Assembly: GCF_036321535.1 (NCBI RefSeq)
Contig: NC_087447.1
Span: 13,640,001-13,704,000, forward strand
Direction: 5' to 3'
DNA from: Camelus dromedarius
Taxonomy: Eukaryota
DNA: 64,000 bases
Position numbers and translations under genes: made by a program
Part shown: positions 26,360-38,212 of the stretch, piece by piece
How the letters are laid out: each line of letters begins with the position of its first letter
Position numbering within the stretch: the first letter of the stretch is position 1
Notes under the pieces: model-generated
The model's database searches: none
What the model saw: only the letters and a program-made list of their open reading frames with translations
What the model was told of the DNA's origin: nothing

Positions 26360-27770
26360 CTTTTGATTGATTGATTGAGTGAGTGAGTGAGTGATTGACA
26401 ACTCTGTTTTCCTGCACTCTGGTTGATTGAGAGCTCGAGTTTCTTGTGTTCTGGATTTTTCCTTTCCCCTTCCTCTGCCTTTGCCCAATGCTCCTTTCTA
26501 TCTAAGCTACCTAAGATTCCCCCCTCATGACATAAGACCCCAAATCTTGGGGATGTAGAGAGCAAGGACCACTCTAGCTACTTCCTGCTGATCTGGAGTA
26601 ATGATGGAGCTCACTGGGGTCCCAGACTAGCTGGCTGCCCTTGGGCAGGATGTGAGCGAAGTGTCAGTGTTCATCAAGGGCCTTGTATATAAGTGGTCTT
26701 GGCTGATTGGTTGATTACCTTGTTATATAATCATTTGAAGTTTATCTCTAGATGAGAAGAAACACTTTTCATAAGAAGGTTGAAAAGATAGAGGTCAAAT
26801 ATATAGAGCTAATCTGAGCCAAAGAACGAAAGGGGCAAACAAGGGTCTTAAAAAGTAATTGATTTCTGTGCTTTCTGTTGGTTTAGGTTTTAGAAAGCAG
26901 ATGTTGGAGTGTTAGCCCAGTGAACTAAAGGAGGAGTAAAAAGAGGGACCCTAATGTCAGAGACATTTTAAGTTAGTATTAAAACAGCTTGGTGGGGGCC
27001 CTCAAAGAGAAAAGATCTGAACCAGGAGACATTTAAGGAAGAGGTTTATCTAACAGGGATCCATAGGCCCATAGGACGATGGAAAAGTTTCACTGGAGTG
27101 TTGCTTAAAAAGCAGTTGCAGATCACTAAGAGGTTCACAAGAATATGTGGCTCCCAATGGTGAATCAGATTTCATCAGGGTTTTCCAGGGGTTGGTTGAT
27201 AAGATCTGTTCTAGCTCCTTGAGAAATGGATAGGGTCTCATGACATAGGTGAAAAGAAAGAGACTCGTCTGGTGATGGTAAGAGTGTAGCAGGATTGAGT
27301 GTCCCACAAACAGAGACAGTGACATCTGGGTTTTCCAGTAATAATGCCTGATATTTAAGAAGCCGAGCATCTGAGAGCCAGAAATGCCCCTTGCCTTTTA
27401 AAAGGTCAGAAACTTGATGGTTATCGTATGCTTGTATGGGGGCGCCTGGAGTTAGCTTAAAAGCTTCCTCCAGGAGAGTGGAGAGGGCTCCCAACACTCT
27501 TAGGCAGGAAGGCCAGCCTCAAGCATTGGGATCTAGCCACTTGGAGAGGTACCCCATAGGCTGCTGGGTAGGACCCAGCCGTAGGGTGAGGACCCCCAAG
27601 GCTATTCCTCCTCTCGTGAACATATAACTGGAAGGGCCTTGTGGCATCTGGAAGCCCCAAGGCTGGGGATCTTACTGGGAGATTTTTTTAATTCTTCCAT
27701 TGCTTCCTGTTGGGAAGGACACCACTGGAGAGGTCTTCCCAAATCATCTACCCCTAAGGCACCCTCCAGG
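26360..27770 (-). mobile_element. Class I (gamma-like) ERV 3' remnant: pol connection region, env tail, PPT, partial LTR
   Basis: Frameshifted pol peptides PLQWCPSQQEAMEELKK, GLPDATRPFQLYVHERR, WLSDARLLKYQALLLENPDVTVSVCGTLNPATLLP. Env tail FDLYLFNLLMKSVSSHLE at 26746-26799. cagcaggaagtagctagag plus PPT atgagggggaa, with LTR start at about 26516. Confidence 0.85.
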
Positions 27771-29027
27771 CAGCTGGGGACCCCAGACCCCCATGAATCA
27801 GCTCGTGGATCTGGCGTTTAAAGTATTGAACAATAGAGACAGGGCTAAAGAGTTAAAAAGGCTTCAGGGACAACAGCAAAATGCGCAGTTCTTAGCGGCA
27901 GCCTTCATCTCTGCTCCACCTCAGAGTTACCCTCCACCAAGACCCAAGGCGAGGACAGGATCCAGGATGCCTGCATCAGAGCCACTGTCTCATCTAAAAG
28001 GGACCTCTTTTAAGTACAGCCAGGAGGGCCACTCTAAAAACAAATGCCCCATGCATGGGAAAAGTCCACCAGGACCCTGCCCCCTATACAAACAAAAAGG
28101 CCACTGGAAGTGGGACTGGCCCCAGTCCTGAAGGGGGCTTGGGGCTCCCAAACCAATGATGACTAAGATGACTAAAGACTGATGGGGCCCAGGACCCTCC
28201 CTGGCTCCCACAGGACACCAGATCATTTCTCCAGTGGAGGCTTGGGTAACCCTTGATGTGGCAGGGAGAAAAGTTGTCTTCTTATTAGATAAGGGAGCCA
28301 CCTACTCTGTGCTGACTGATTTCCCTGGACCCTTGTCCGCTCAATCCTATGTAATAACGGGGATCAATAGATGGCCCCCAACAAGGTGCTTACTAAAAAT
28401 TTACTTTTACACATGAGTTTTTGCTGGTGGCTGAGTGTCCTGTCCCTCATTGGGAAGGGACCCACTTGCTCGGTAAATCCCAAGAAATAATCCAATTCAA
28501 AGACCCTTACATGAAAGACACACACCCAAAAAAATGTCTACTCTTGGCTTTGGGAGCCTGCCTCAGTCCCAAGCCAGAAGAGGTCTCCCTTCCACCCCAT
28601 ATTGATTCTCAAGTAGACCCTGCTGTCTAGAAAAGTGAGGTCCCTGACAGAGCTACTATTGTCAGGTTATCACCAGAAATGGGACCACATGAGGCTACAG
28701 GCAAGCCTCTTCAGATCAAAGGCTGAACCAAGAGCCTTAATTTAAAAATTTCTCAAACCCAGGAAGGCTTCTCAAAAGCATTCATAAATAGATGGCCAAA
28801 TGGGAGGCCATCGGTTGGACTAAACTGACCATAGCTGATATTCGAAGCCTAATAAAAATTTTTGGGAAAAGTCTCCCCTAAGCTAAATGAGAAAAATACA
28901 GAACTGTCTTTGTTTTATACATCTAGTCTTTACAGGACCAGAGGTGTGGCTCCAAAACTGATGCAAAGCCCACCAACCCTTCTACCACTCCCCAAACCTC
29001 CTCTACGTAGTTATCTTAAGAGACAAG

Positions 29028-29063
<36 letters not shown>

Positions 29064-29443
29064 TTCTCTGGCATTTAAAAAACAAAGTCTTTCTAGGAGA
29101 AACTTGCCTTCCTATGCCTTTGAGATACAAATATTCTACCTTGTCTTCTCCAGGAATTCTGATCTCACCATCTTTTTAAAATGCAAATTTCAAAAAAAGT
29201 GGGGGGATAAATAATTTGGAACTTAATTTGTGAAGGACAAGTAAAAATTTTATCTCTTTTTCATAAATATTAGTAAAAAGGCTTAGCCATCTAGATGGGC
29301 AACTTTGATTTGTTCTATCTGCCAAAAAATACAGTTTAAATCCAACCTACTTGGGGTTTTACTTTGTTAAACCTGACTCATGACTAAAATTTTAAAATGA
29401 AAACTATAAGGTTTCTGGCTTGTATGTCATAGATGTGTGGTAT

Positions 29444-29856
29444 TGTTATGGAAATGACAGGCCAGCCAAGAAACAAGCACCACTCGGAGGGTTGGAGTAC
29501 TCAGATGTATTACGCCGGCGGGCTCAGAGGGGCTTCTGCTCCGAAGCTCTGAGCACCTCCAAGACGTGCGCATGAGGTTTTATAGGGTAAAGTACAAGCT
29601 TGGAGTATTCAGCCAATAGGCATGGGACAGTTTTAGCAGCATTATCATCACAAAAGTGGAGGCGGGGAGGCAGCAAACCAACATTCCAAAGCCAGATATG
29701 TATCTTTGAAAACCCAGCTGGCTAGCAAAAAACATGAACAGCAAACCAACACTAGTTAACCTAGATTTACAAGTTAGTCCAGCAGAACTCAGATCAGTAT
29801 TCCGATACTTAGATTTGTGAATTATCTTGTTAGACCAGCCCGGCTTTTTCTTCACA
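29444..29856 (-). mobile_element. Solo LTR (413 bp) nested in the ERV
   Basis: TG...CA termini, perfect 4-bp TSD GTAT (29440-29443 and 29857-29860), minus-strand TATAAAA at 29578-29584, inverted CCAAT at about 29613, AATACA at 29506-29511. Confidence 0.85.
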
Positions 29857-30096
29857 GTATTGGCACAATTAAATGGTAAAAGAGCTCTTTAATTGGCTGA
29901 AAGGAAATTAAGTACTTACATAAACGCAAACATAGAGTAAACTGGCCAAAATAAATTTCAGGTTCACATTACCTAAAAAGGATTCAGTACTGGTATTGGT
30001 ATTGAAGCTAGCTTAAGCTTGTTGATTTAATTAATAGAAACATGTCTCTTTAGAGACATCAGTGTTAAGTATAATAGTTTGGTTGTGCCTAAGCTT

Positions 30097-30590
30097 CGTC
30101 AGCTGAAATAAATGCGCAGCATAAAAGTTAAGAGTTATGTTTTATTTGGCGGGAGGACTCGAGCTGGGATGACAGCCTCTCAGATGGTTCTGAGGGACTG
30201 CTCCGAAGAGGTTGGGGAGGAGCTAGGATATATAGGAGCTTTACAGCAAAGACCAGGTAGTTGAAACAATAAAAGATTACTTGTTATCTAAAGAAAACCA
30301 GGCTTCTCAAGTTAAAGAATTTAGTGCTTTTCTATGTATGGGAGGAAGCAAACATTTGGACTCACCGACTTCATTCCTTTGACAAGCACCTGGCTATCTA
30401 GGGCCAGTATCCTGTCCTTTGTTATTCTGAGTCCCCTCAGGGTGCACCATTGTGAGTGGCTGCAGAGGCCGGGCTGCAGGCCTGTCCCCACTAGGGGGTG
30501 GCAGCAGCCGCTGATGGCTTGGCTTCAGCATTCTTTGTTTACTGATATGGTTGCAGTATTTTCACTCACATTGCAGTATTTTTGCTCACA
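30097..30590 (-). mobile_element. Solo LTR (494 bp, common artiodactyl ERV1 LTR type) nested in the ERV
   Basis: Perfect 4-bp TSD GCTT (30093-30096 and 30591-30594), minus-strand AATAAA at 30141-30146, TATA-like element near 30228-30234. Confidence 0.85.
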
Positions 30591-31614
30591 GCTTACTAGA
30601 GGTCAAGCAAAACTTTATTATATCTGTTACAAATCTGTCAACAAAAAAAGTAACTCAATGAAAAAAAACTTTAAAAAATAAACAAAATAAGAGATTTGCA
30701 GTAAACCCTATAGAAGTTTTCTTTTGAAACTATCTACCTAAAACTGTCTCTCCAAATTTTGGTACTTAAAACTAAACTAAGAAGTTCACTGACTATCTGT
30801 GTCATTTATAAAATATTAAAACATTAATTGCTGGGCAGATCTAAGGTTATCTACCCTTGCCTTAGGGAAAAAAAAAGAAAAACCAAAACATAAGTTTTTA
30901 GTCAGGAAATGGTGATATGACAACCAGTTCACAGTTGCTTGCTTCTTGGTTTTTGCCAGAGATTTAAGATTTTTGAGGGTTAAAATGATAATATATGTAA
31001 TTAAAACTTCTAAAGTAAGTATTTCAGTATACAATGGAAAAGTAAGATGTATGTTTTCAGTAAGAGTTTCTGTAAAAAAAAATTGCAAAAAAAAGGTTTC
31101 ATACATAATCAGGATTTTAAATATTTAACAAATTCAAAAAGTTCTTTGTAGCCCCATCTAACTTTAAGATGCTTTAAAGAAAACCTGAGACATCTCAGAT
31201 ATTAAGTTAACTAGGATTATTTAAAATGTTAAGTTAAATATAATCAGTCATAATTCTAGTAATTACAAACAAATCTTTATCAATTACAGCTATTTAACCA
31301 TGCCTTTTAAATCTTTTTGTTGTTACACTGTCAAGTTGTCACAAGGTGCTTCATCTTTAAAAAAATTCATCAGAAGTCAATGGATACAGTGGGTTACAAC
31401 AGTCCCACATCAAATGATGGCCCATCCCCTCAGCACCCTGGACATGAAAACAAAAGACTGTTCTGCCCCTAGATAGGGCATTCAGAAATTCTTTTACTCC
31501 CTGGTAGGCAGGGTCAATGCCCCTACTCAGCCTGGAAGTGGTTTCAGAAGATGGACCGTCATCCCTCTACAACCCCTGAAGAAGATGATGGGAGTAAAAT
31601 CTCTGAGAGGGAAG

Positions 31615-32024
31615 TGAGACAGGAAGGGGGCAGGGCACAACCATTCAAGGAATAACACAGCAATTAACACTAGAATGGCAAAAGATTCAACCCCCAGGAG
31701 GCCTTGAGGCTCAAAATGGTGGGAGATTTGACTTCTAGTAGACCTTGACCTTCATTATACAACCATTGTAATATGTTAGCATGGTGAATAACATGCCCAC
31801 AGGTGCCAAGACAGTCCCAAGACCACAACTCCCTCTCTCTCCCTCTTCGGACATGGCGTGCACTGTCTATGGAGTGCGTACCTACTTTGACTCTACTCTG
31901 AGCACCCAAACCCCACACCTTGTGGCCTTTCCCTTGCCTCTTGATGCATCTCTAAATAACCCTACTATACTGAAACAAACAAGCAAAAAAAGATGGTTGG
32001 TCCCCAATATGAGCTGAGGTCTCA
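31615..32024 (+). mobile_element. 3' LTR of the plus-strand ERV (410 bp)
   Basis: Follows the PPT and has perfect 6-bp terminal inverted repeats TGAGAC...GTCTCA. Confidence 0.8.
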
Positions 32025-32055
32025 GTTAGACAAGCCTGGGGGTAGATATACACCA

Positions 32056-32715
32056 AGATAATATATATAGTTTATATGTATATATATCATATAATATATG
32101 TATCTATTATATTATATGTGTATATAGTTTACACTATATATGTGCATATATTATATGATGTACATATTATATATACATATCCATACACAGACATGTGTAT
32201 GTATAATATATACATTATATATATATATATCTCAATACACTGACATGTGTATGGATATACACATATATAATATACATATATAATGTATATATACATATAC
32301 ATACATATCCATGCACAGACATGTGTATATATAATATATGTGTTATATAAATATCCATACAATGATGTGCGTATGGATATACACATAAAATATAACAATA
32401 AATACATACTATATATGTATTTATTATATTAAACATGTATATACACACATATATAATAATAAATACATACTATATATGTATGTATTATATTAAATATGTA
32501 TATACACACATATATAATATAGTATACATATTATATATACATATCCATTCACAGACATAAGTATATATAATAGATATATTATATATATTAATACACTGAC
32601 ATGTATATGGATATACACACATATAAGCATATTACATATGTATATATATTTTATTATATATGTATATATAAATATATACTGCATACTATACATATTATAT
32701 ATATACAAATTCATA
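32056..32715. repeat. Compound (TA)-rich micro/minisatellite
   Basis: About 660 bp of alternating purine-pyrimidine sequence with recurring catatccat(a/g/t)cacagacat and atacactgacatgt motifs. Confidence 0.95.
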
Positions 32716-33030
32716 CACAGACTTGTGCAATTATGTACCCTCATATAATAAACACATGATACGAGTGTACTTCCATTCCCAGAACTGTGTATGGACGTAC
32801 ACCCATTTAGGACACATGATAAGAGTGCACAGACCTTCCACACCCAGGCCTCGGGTTGGAGGGGCATCCAGTCTCAGAGACACATGATAAGGGTGAACTT
32901 TAGAAGAATACTTGGCTCTGCTTCCCCTGCATCGAATGGAGGTCACTTCCTAAAGTCTGCCATTTCGCAACTGAGCCACAGAATATAAGGCTACGACCAA
33001 TCGAGAAAGATTTGTAGACAGAGCATATTG

Positions 33031-33250
33031 GAGTGGTTTTTAAACTTTTTAAAGATTTAAATATCTTTTATCAACATAAATCTTATATATAAAACAGATT
33101 TTTCAAAAAGAGATAATTAGCTGCTGTAATTGAAATCCCACAAGTGCCTGTTTGACTGTCTCCTATCCTCTTCTGCTCCACACCTGCACCAGTCCCTGAG
33201 GTACATGAAGAAATCTGGATTCTAAATCACAGTTCACAAACAACTTGTGC
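33031..33250. mobile_element. Old hAT-type MER element (paralog at about 57694-57905)
   Basis: TIR-like agtggtttttaaac start followed by atataaaacagat, as in MER5/MER117-type elements. Confidence 0.4.
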
Positions 33251-33824
33251 AGAAAAAACATCAAGGGCTTTGACCTGCAGTTTCCTCAACTGCAAAGTGA
33301 GTGTTGTGCCATTTACAGGGCAGTGCTCACCTGAGATCTAATTTAAGGAAAATTATTGGTGGATGCTCAATGTATATGTCTTTTGACTTTTATTTCCCAT
33401 TTTCTGAAATGTATGGTATTCAATAATGCTGACTTTCTCAGCATTACTAGAAAAAAATCTCTTCTTAACAAACACAGTGATTTTGCTCCCCTGCATTAGG
33501 TACCCTGCAGCTCAGTGACCAGGTTTTGCTTTCCTGAGAACAGAAGTCTGAGCTGATCAAAGCATCGTATGTTCCTGCTTTCCTGCCCTCCACTTCCAGA
33601 TCTTGGTCTCGAGTTCTAGTTTTCTATGGACTGAGGAACATTTGTGAACGTCATAAACTACTTCATGCTATATTTCTAAGAAAAATTTTTTATTTACACT
33701 GATGTGATTCCAGAGGGAAACATCTGACAATAAAGAGATTATGAGATCTCTGATTTGGGATTCAGAGACTTAGATGTCTTTATGTTCTGGTGCTCTTTAA
33801 AGAGAAGCAGAGGAATGCACAGAG

Positions 33825-34030
33825 AGAGCAAGAGCTTAGAAATTAGACAGTCTTAGGTTTGAATTCAGGCTCTGGGAGTTAGTAACCCTATGACCTTGAT
33901 CAAGACACTTAACCCCCTAAAGCCTCTGTCTTTTCATCTGTAAAACATGGGAATCATACCTGCATCACCAGAGTGTTTTAGGATGAAATCAGATAGAATA
34001 TATGAAATCTCTTGGTTAATAGTAAAACAT
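33825..34030 (+). mobile_element. MIR SINE (paralog at about 58520-58700)
   Basis: ggtttgaattcaggctct...tgaccttgatcaagacacttaac...tcatctgtaaaa. Confidence 0.7.
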
Positions 34031-34498
34031 ACACACAATACATGATTTTTTTTTTGTATTTAAATATTATTCTCAGAAACAATTAAGGAGCAATTATTGG
34101 TTTGCCTTAAGTGGCATGATATTGGTATATTATTTAGATAATTGAGATGAAAATAGAGATAAAACAATTATTCACTTATAATCTGAAGCATTACTGACTT
34201 CCAGAAATTTAATTGATCAAACATTTATTGAGTTTTACTGTATATCATTTAAAGCAAAAAATAAAAATGAGCAAGATTCATGCCATATTCCCAACGGAGT
34301 GACAGTGAGGGGAGGGGAGGAATAAGGAAATAAACACTGAGCTAAATGTAGTAAAAGCTTTAAAGAATTCTAGCTGAGTGCTGTGGGAATTCAAAGAAGG
34401 AAAAATTCATATTGTGATAGGATAGTCATGGAAGCTTCTTAAAGTAGCAGCATTTCAGATGAGCATTGAAAGGTGGATGGGATGTTAAGAGAGAGAAA

Positions 34499-36990
34499 TG
34501 TCTGGATGACTTGTCCATCATGTAAGTGGGGTTTTAAAGTCCCCTACTACTATTGTATTATTGTCACTTTCTCCACTGATGTATATTAATATTTGCATTG
34601 TATATTTAGGTGTTCTTATTTAGGTACATATACGTTTATGAATGACATATCTTCTTCTTGTATTGATCCCTTTATCATAATATAATGTCCTTCTTAATTA
34701 TAAATTTTGTTTTAAAGTCTACTTTTTCTGATATGAGTATTGCTACTCCAGATTTCTTTTCATTTCCATTTTCAAGGAATATCTTTTCCATCCCATCACT
34801 TTCACTCTGTGTCTTTAACTCTGAAATGAGTCTCTTGGCTGGAGCACATAGATGAATCTTGTTTTTTATCCAATCAGCCACCTTATGTCTTTTAATCAGA
34901 GCATTTAGTCCATTGACATTTAAAGTTATTACTGTTAGATATGAATTTATAGTGATTTTGTTGTTAGTTTTCTGGTTGTTCTTGTAGTTCTCTGTTCTTT
35001 TCTTCTTCTTTCACTCTCTTCCCTTGTGGTTTGATGATTTTCTTTAGTGTTACGTTTGTGTTCCTTTCTCACTAGTGTTTATATATCTTTTGTAGGTTTT
35101 TGACTTATGGTTACCATGGAGTTCATATGTTGACCTCTAACTATACCTACTTGTTTTAAATTGATAGTCATTTATGTTCAAACACATTTTTTTAACCTTT
35201 GCACATTTCAGTCCTCCTCCCACACTTTTTGATTTTATATATTACATCTTCGTGTCTGTCCCTTAACTGTTTATTGAAGTTATAGTTGATTTTACAATTT
35301 TTGTCCTTTAAATTTCATATGAGCTTATTTAAGTGGTTGGTCCACGGGTTTTACTATATATTCACATGTACCAGCAGAATTTTCCCTTCCTATAGTTTCT
35401 TATTTCTTGTTGTAGCCTTCTTTTTTTCCCCTGAAAGAAGACCTTTTAACATCACTTGTAAGGTCAGCTTGGTATTAATAAACTCTTGCACCTTTTGCTT
35501 GTCTGAGAAGCTCTTTATCTTCTCTTTCAATTCTGAATGATAAACTTGCCTGCAGAGTATCCTAGGTTGCAGGTTTTTTTCCTTTTGCTACTTTAATTAT
35601 GACACTCTTTTCTAGCTTGCAAAGTTTCCACTGAAAAATCTGAAAAATTCTACTGATAGACTTACAGGGATTCCCTTGTATGGGATTCTTTGCTATTCTC
35701 TTGCTGAATTTAGAATTTTATCTTATCTTTTGCCATTTTAATTATGATACATTTTCATATGGGTCTCTTTGAGTTTATCTTGCTTAGGATTCTCTCTGCT
35801 TTCTGTACCTGAATATCTGTTTCCTTCTTTACGTTCAGTTTTCAGTAATAATTTCATCAAATACATTTTCTACTCCTTGTTCTCTCTCCTCTCCTTGAGG
35901 CCCCTATATTGTGAATATTGATGTGCTTGATAGTATCACAGAGGTCCCTTAAACTATTCTCATTTTTTAAATTTTTCTTTTTCCTTCTCTGTTTCAGTGA
36001 ATTCCATTATTCTATACTCTAGGTGGCTTATGCATTCTTCTGTATCACCTAATCTGCTGTTAACTCAGGTGTGTTTTTTATTTCAGCTACTGTATTCCTC
36101 AGCTCTCACTGGTTCTTTTTTTTTATTCTCTAAAGCTTTGTTAAAATTCTCACTATGACCACCTATTCTTTTCCCACATTAAGTAAGCATTCTTATTACA
36201 AATGCTTTGAACTCTTTCCTAGTAAATTATTTATCTCTATTTCATGAGGGTTTTTTCAGAGATTTTTTTTCTTGTTCTTTTATTTAAAATATATTCCTCT
36301 ATCTTCTCATTCTTTTAAATTTCTCTCTATGAAATTAAGTGAAACAGTCACCTATCTTTGTCTCAAAGGCATGTCATTTTGTAGACAGCCCTATGCAATT
36401 TATGTGTTCCCTGTGGCATGCTGGGAGAGCTTCTCTTATGTCCAGTGGCCCTTGCTGCCCTATCAGGGGTGAGGTCTTGCCTGAGGATCTGGAGCAGGAG
36501 CCCCGAGGGAGTTGGGTTTCTCGCAGGTGTGATGGTAGTCTCCACCTTCATTTGGGAAATGCTGAGGTGTGAGGGCTTGGTGCTGCACTTCTGCACTAGG
36601 GTCGCTTTTTCACTCAGTATGCGTTCCTTGGTAATAGCCTGGGTTGGAGTTGAAAGGGTTGATGCCAAAAAACTGAGCTGGCCCTGCTCCCTCACATGTG
36701 CATAGGGACACACTGTCCACTGATGGAGGTCTCCACCCTAGAGCTAGCCCCAGCCCTTCTGAGAGTGTGCACAGGGCTGGGTGCTCTAGCAGTGGCAATC
36801 TCCACCCTGGAGATGGTCTGCCTCCCCCACAAGTGTGTGCACCAAAGCAAGCGCTGGCAATGGCAGTCTCTGCCCTAGTCAGAAGCAGAGCCCGGGTCCA
36901 GGCCAGCTCTGATTTCCCCAAGTGTGCGCATCCTCCAAGTGTTTGCACCTTCATTGGCAGTGGAAAGAGCACTGCAGCAAAAGGGGCTAT
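34499..36990 (-). mobile_element. LINE-1 5' half (5' UTR, ORF1, ORF2 endonuclease start), 3'-truncated
   Basis: Minus peptide ADWIKNK...EKIFLENGNEKKSGVAILISEKVDFKTKFIIKK is the L1 EN domain. The T-rich ORF1 region and a GC-richer 5' UTR lie at 36300-36990. No 3' UTR or polyA at the left end. Confidence 0.85.
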
Positions 36991-37282
36991 GGAGCAGTCT
37001 TTAAAAATCAGAAGTGTAGTTAAAGACATCTATCCAAGAAACTTAGCACATTTTTATTTATAGTAGTAAAAAATTAAAAACAATCTAAACATCCAAAAGG
37101 AAAATGGCTGGTTAAGTAATATTAAAAGAAAATATTTGACAAGTGATTACAATGAACTTAGAAACAAGACAAAATAACTCTACAACTAATACGTCCAGGG
37201 GACTATCCTCCCTCCCACTCTATTCCTTCACTTGGGACATAGCATCATTCTCCAACTAAGGATCAGTATCAAAATACAGATT

Positions 37283-38212
37283 TTATTTCTCATCTAGTTT
37301 CATTGCCCTGATCCACAGCCTCTTCATGGCCTTCTTCACTTCAGCATTTCTGAAGGAGTAGATGACAGGGTTGAGGAGGGGGGTGATCACTGTGTAAAAC
37401 ACAGCCACCATCCTGTCCGCAGGCAGAGTGGTAGAGGTCCTCAGGTAGATGAAGATGCAGGGCCCAAAGAACAAGGTGACCACAGCGATATGGGACCCAC
37501 AGGTGGAGAGGGCCTTGCGCCGCCCCTCAGAGCTTTGGTTCTTCACATGGAGCAAAATGACCACGTAGGAGGCTACCAGGACCACGAAGCTGATCACAGA
37601 CAGGGTCCCCCCATTAGCAACAATCAGGAGACCAATGAGGAAGGTGTCAGAACAGGCAAGTTTGAGCAGAGGAAGCACATCACAGAAGTAGTGGTCAATC
37701 ACATTGGGGCCACAGAAAGGCAAGCGGAAGATGAGAAGGACTTGGGCAAAGGAATGCACAAAGCCACCTACCCAGGCTATTCCCACNNNNNNNNNNNNNN
37801 NNNNNNNNNNNNNNNNNNNNNNNNNNNNNNNNNNNNNNNNNNNNNNNNNNNNNNNNNNNNNNNNNNNNNNNNNNNNNNNNNNNNNNNNNNNNNNNNNNNN
37901 NNNNNNNNNNNNNNNNNNCTGTGACACGCAGCCCCAGAAAAATATGGCTTTCCTTTCAGCCAGAAAATCTGAGATGAGTTTGGGGGCTGTGGTAGAGGAG
38001 TAGCAGATCTCCACAAAGGACAGGTGGCTGAGGAAGAAGTATATGGGGGAGCTGAGGCTTCTGCTGGTCATGACAGTGAGCACAATGAGCAAATTGCCCA
38101 GCACAGTTGCTGTGTACAAGAGCAGAAATATCACAAAGCAAACTTTCTGCACATTCCGACTAGGAGAAAGTCCCAGAAAAATAAATTCTGTCACATTGCG
38201 TGTGTCAGCCAT
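37283..38212 (-). CDS. OR4X2: Olfactory receptor OR4X2-like (309 aa; 132-nt N gap over TM3-IC2)
   Basis: VLTVMTSRSL, TAPKLISD, GLLIVANGGTLSVISF and KAMKRLWIRAMKLDEK match recalled human OR4X2. Frame is preserved across the gap. Acceptor tcttttctatcatttcAG at 38252-38253. Intactness inside the gap is unknown. Confidence 0.85.
   Translation of the reverse strand: MADTRNVTEFIFLGLSPSRNVQKVCFVIFLLLYTATVLGNLLIVLTVMTSRSLSSPIYFFLSHLSFVEICYSSTTAPKLISDFLAERKAIFFWGCVSQXXXXXXXXXXXXXXXXXXXXXXXXXXXXXXXXXXXXXXXXXXXXVGIAWVGGFVHSFAQVLLIFRLPFCGPNVIDHYFCDVLPLLKLACSDTFLIGLLIVANGGTLSVISFVVLVASYVVILLHVKNQSSEGRRKALSTCGSHIAVVTLFFGPCIFIYLRTSTTLPADRMVAVFYTVITPLLNPVIYSFRNAEVKKAMKRLWIRAMKLDEK

Larger units (their letters stand above)
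27770..32024 (+). mobile_element. Class I ERV remnant: gag 3' end, protease, RT start, AT-rich internal region, PPT, 3' LTR
   Basis: GPQTPMNQLVDLAFKVLNNRD, two decayed zinc knuckles (PPGPCPLYKQKGHWKWDWP), gag stop GAC-TGA at 28177-28182, and protease VTLDVAGRKVVFLLDKGATYSVL (DTG mutated to DKG). PPT gagagggaag precedes the LTR. Confidence 0.85.

Noticed and set aside
27165-28630. Domesticated retroviral gag, pro, pol or env gene
   Set aside because: Multiple stops and frameshifts, protease DTG mutated to DKG, zinc-knuckle cysteines lost, and env reduced to a short tail.
26360-28700. L1 twin-priming (5' inversion) retrocopy as the explanation of the divergent ERV arms
   Set aside because: The geometry fits, but each arm ends in its own PPT and a different LTR, and there is no polyA tail or L1-type TSD.
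32129-32867. Tyr/Ile-rich ORFs
   Set aside because: Translations of the TA-rich repeat.
26316-32894. Apparent 26-bp TSD around the whole ERV and TA insert
   Set aside because: Only about 21 of 26 bases match, ERV TSDs are 4-6 bp, and the unit is part of a local degenerate tandem repeat.
33020-33045. KPLQY / KPLSY peptide as extra support for the OR fossil
   Set aside because: The KPL codons are the reverse complement of a hAT terminal repeat (agtggtttttaaac), so the match is probably coincidental.
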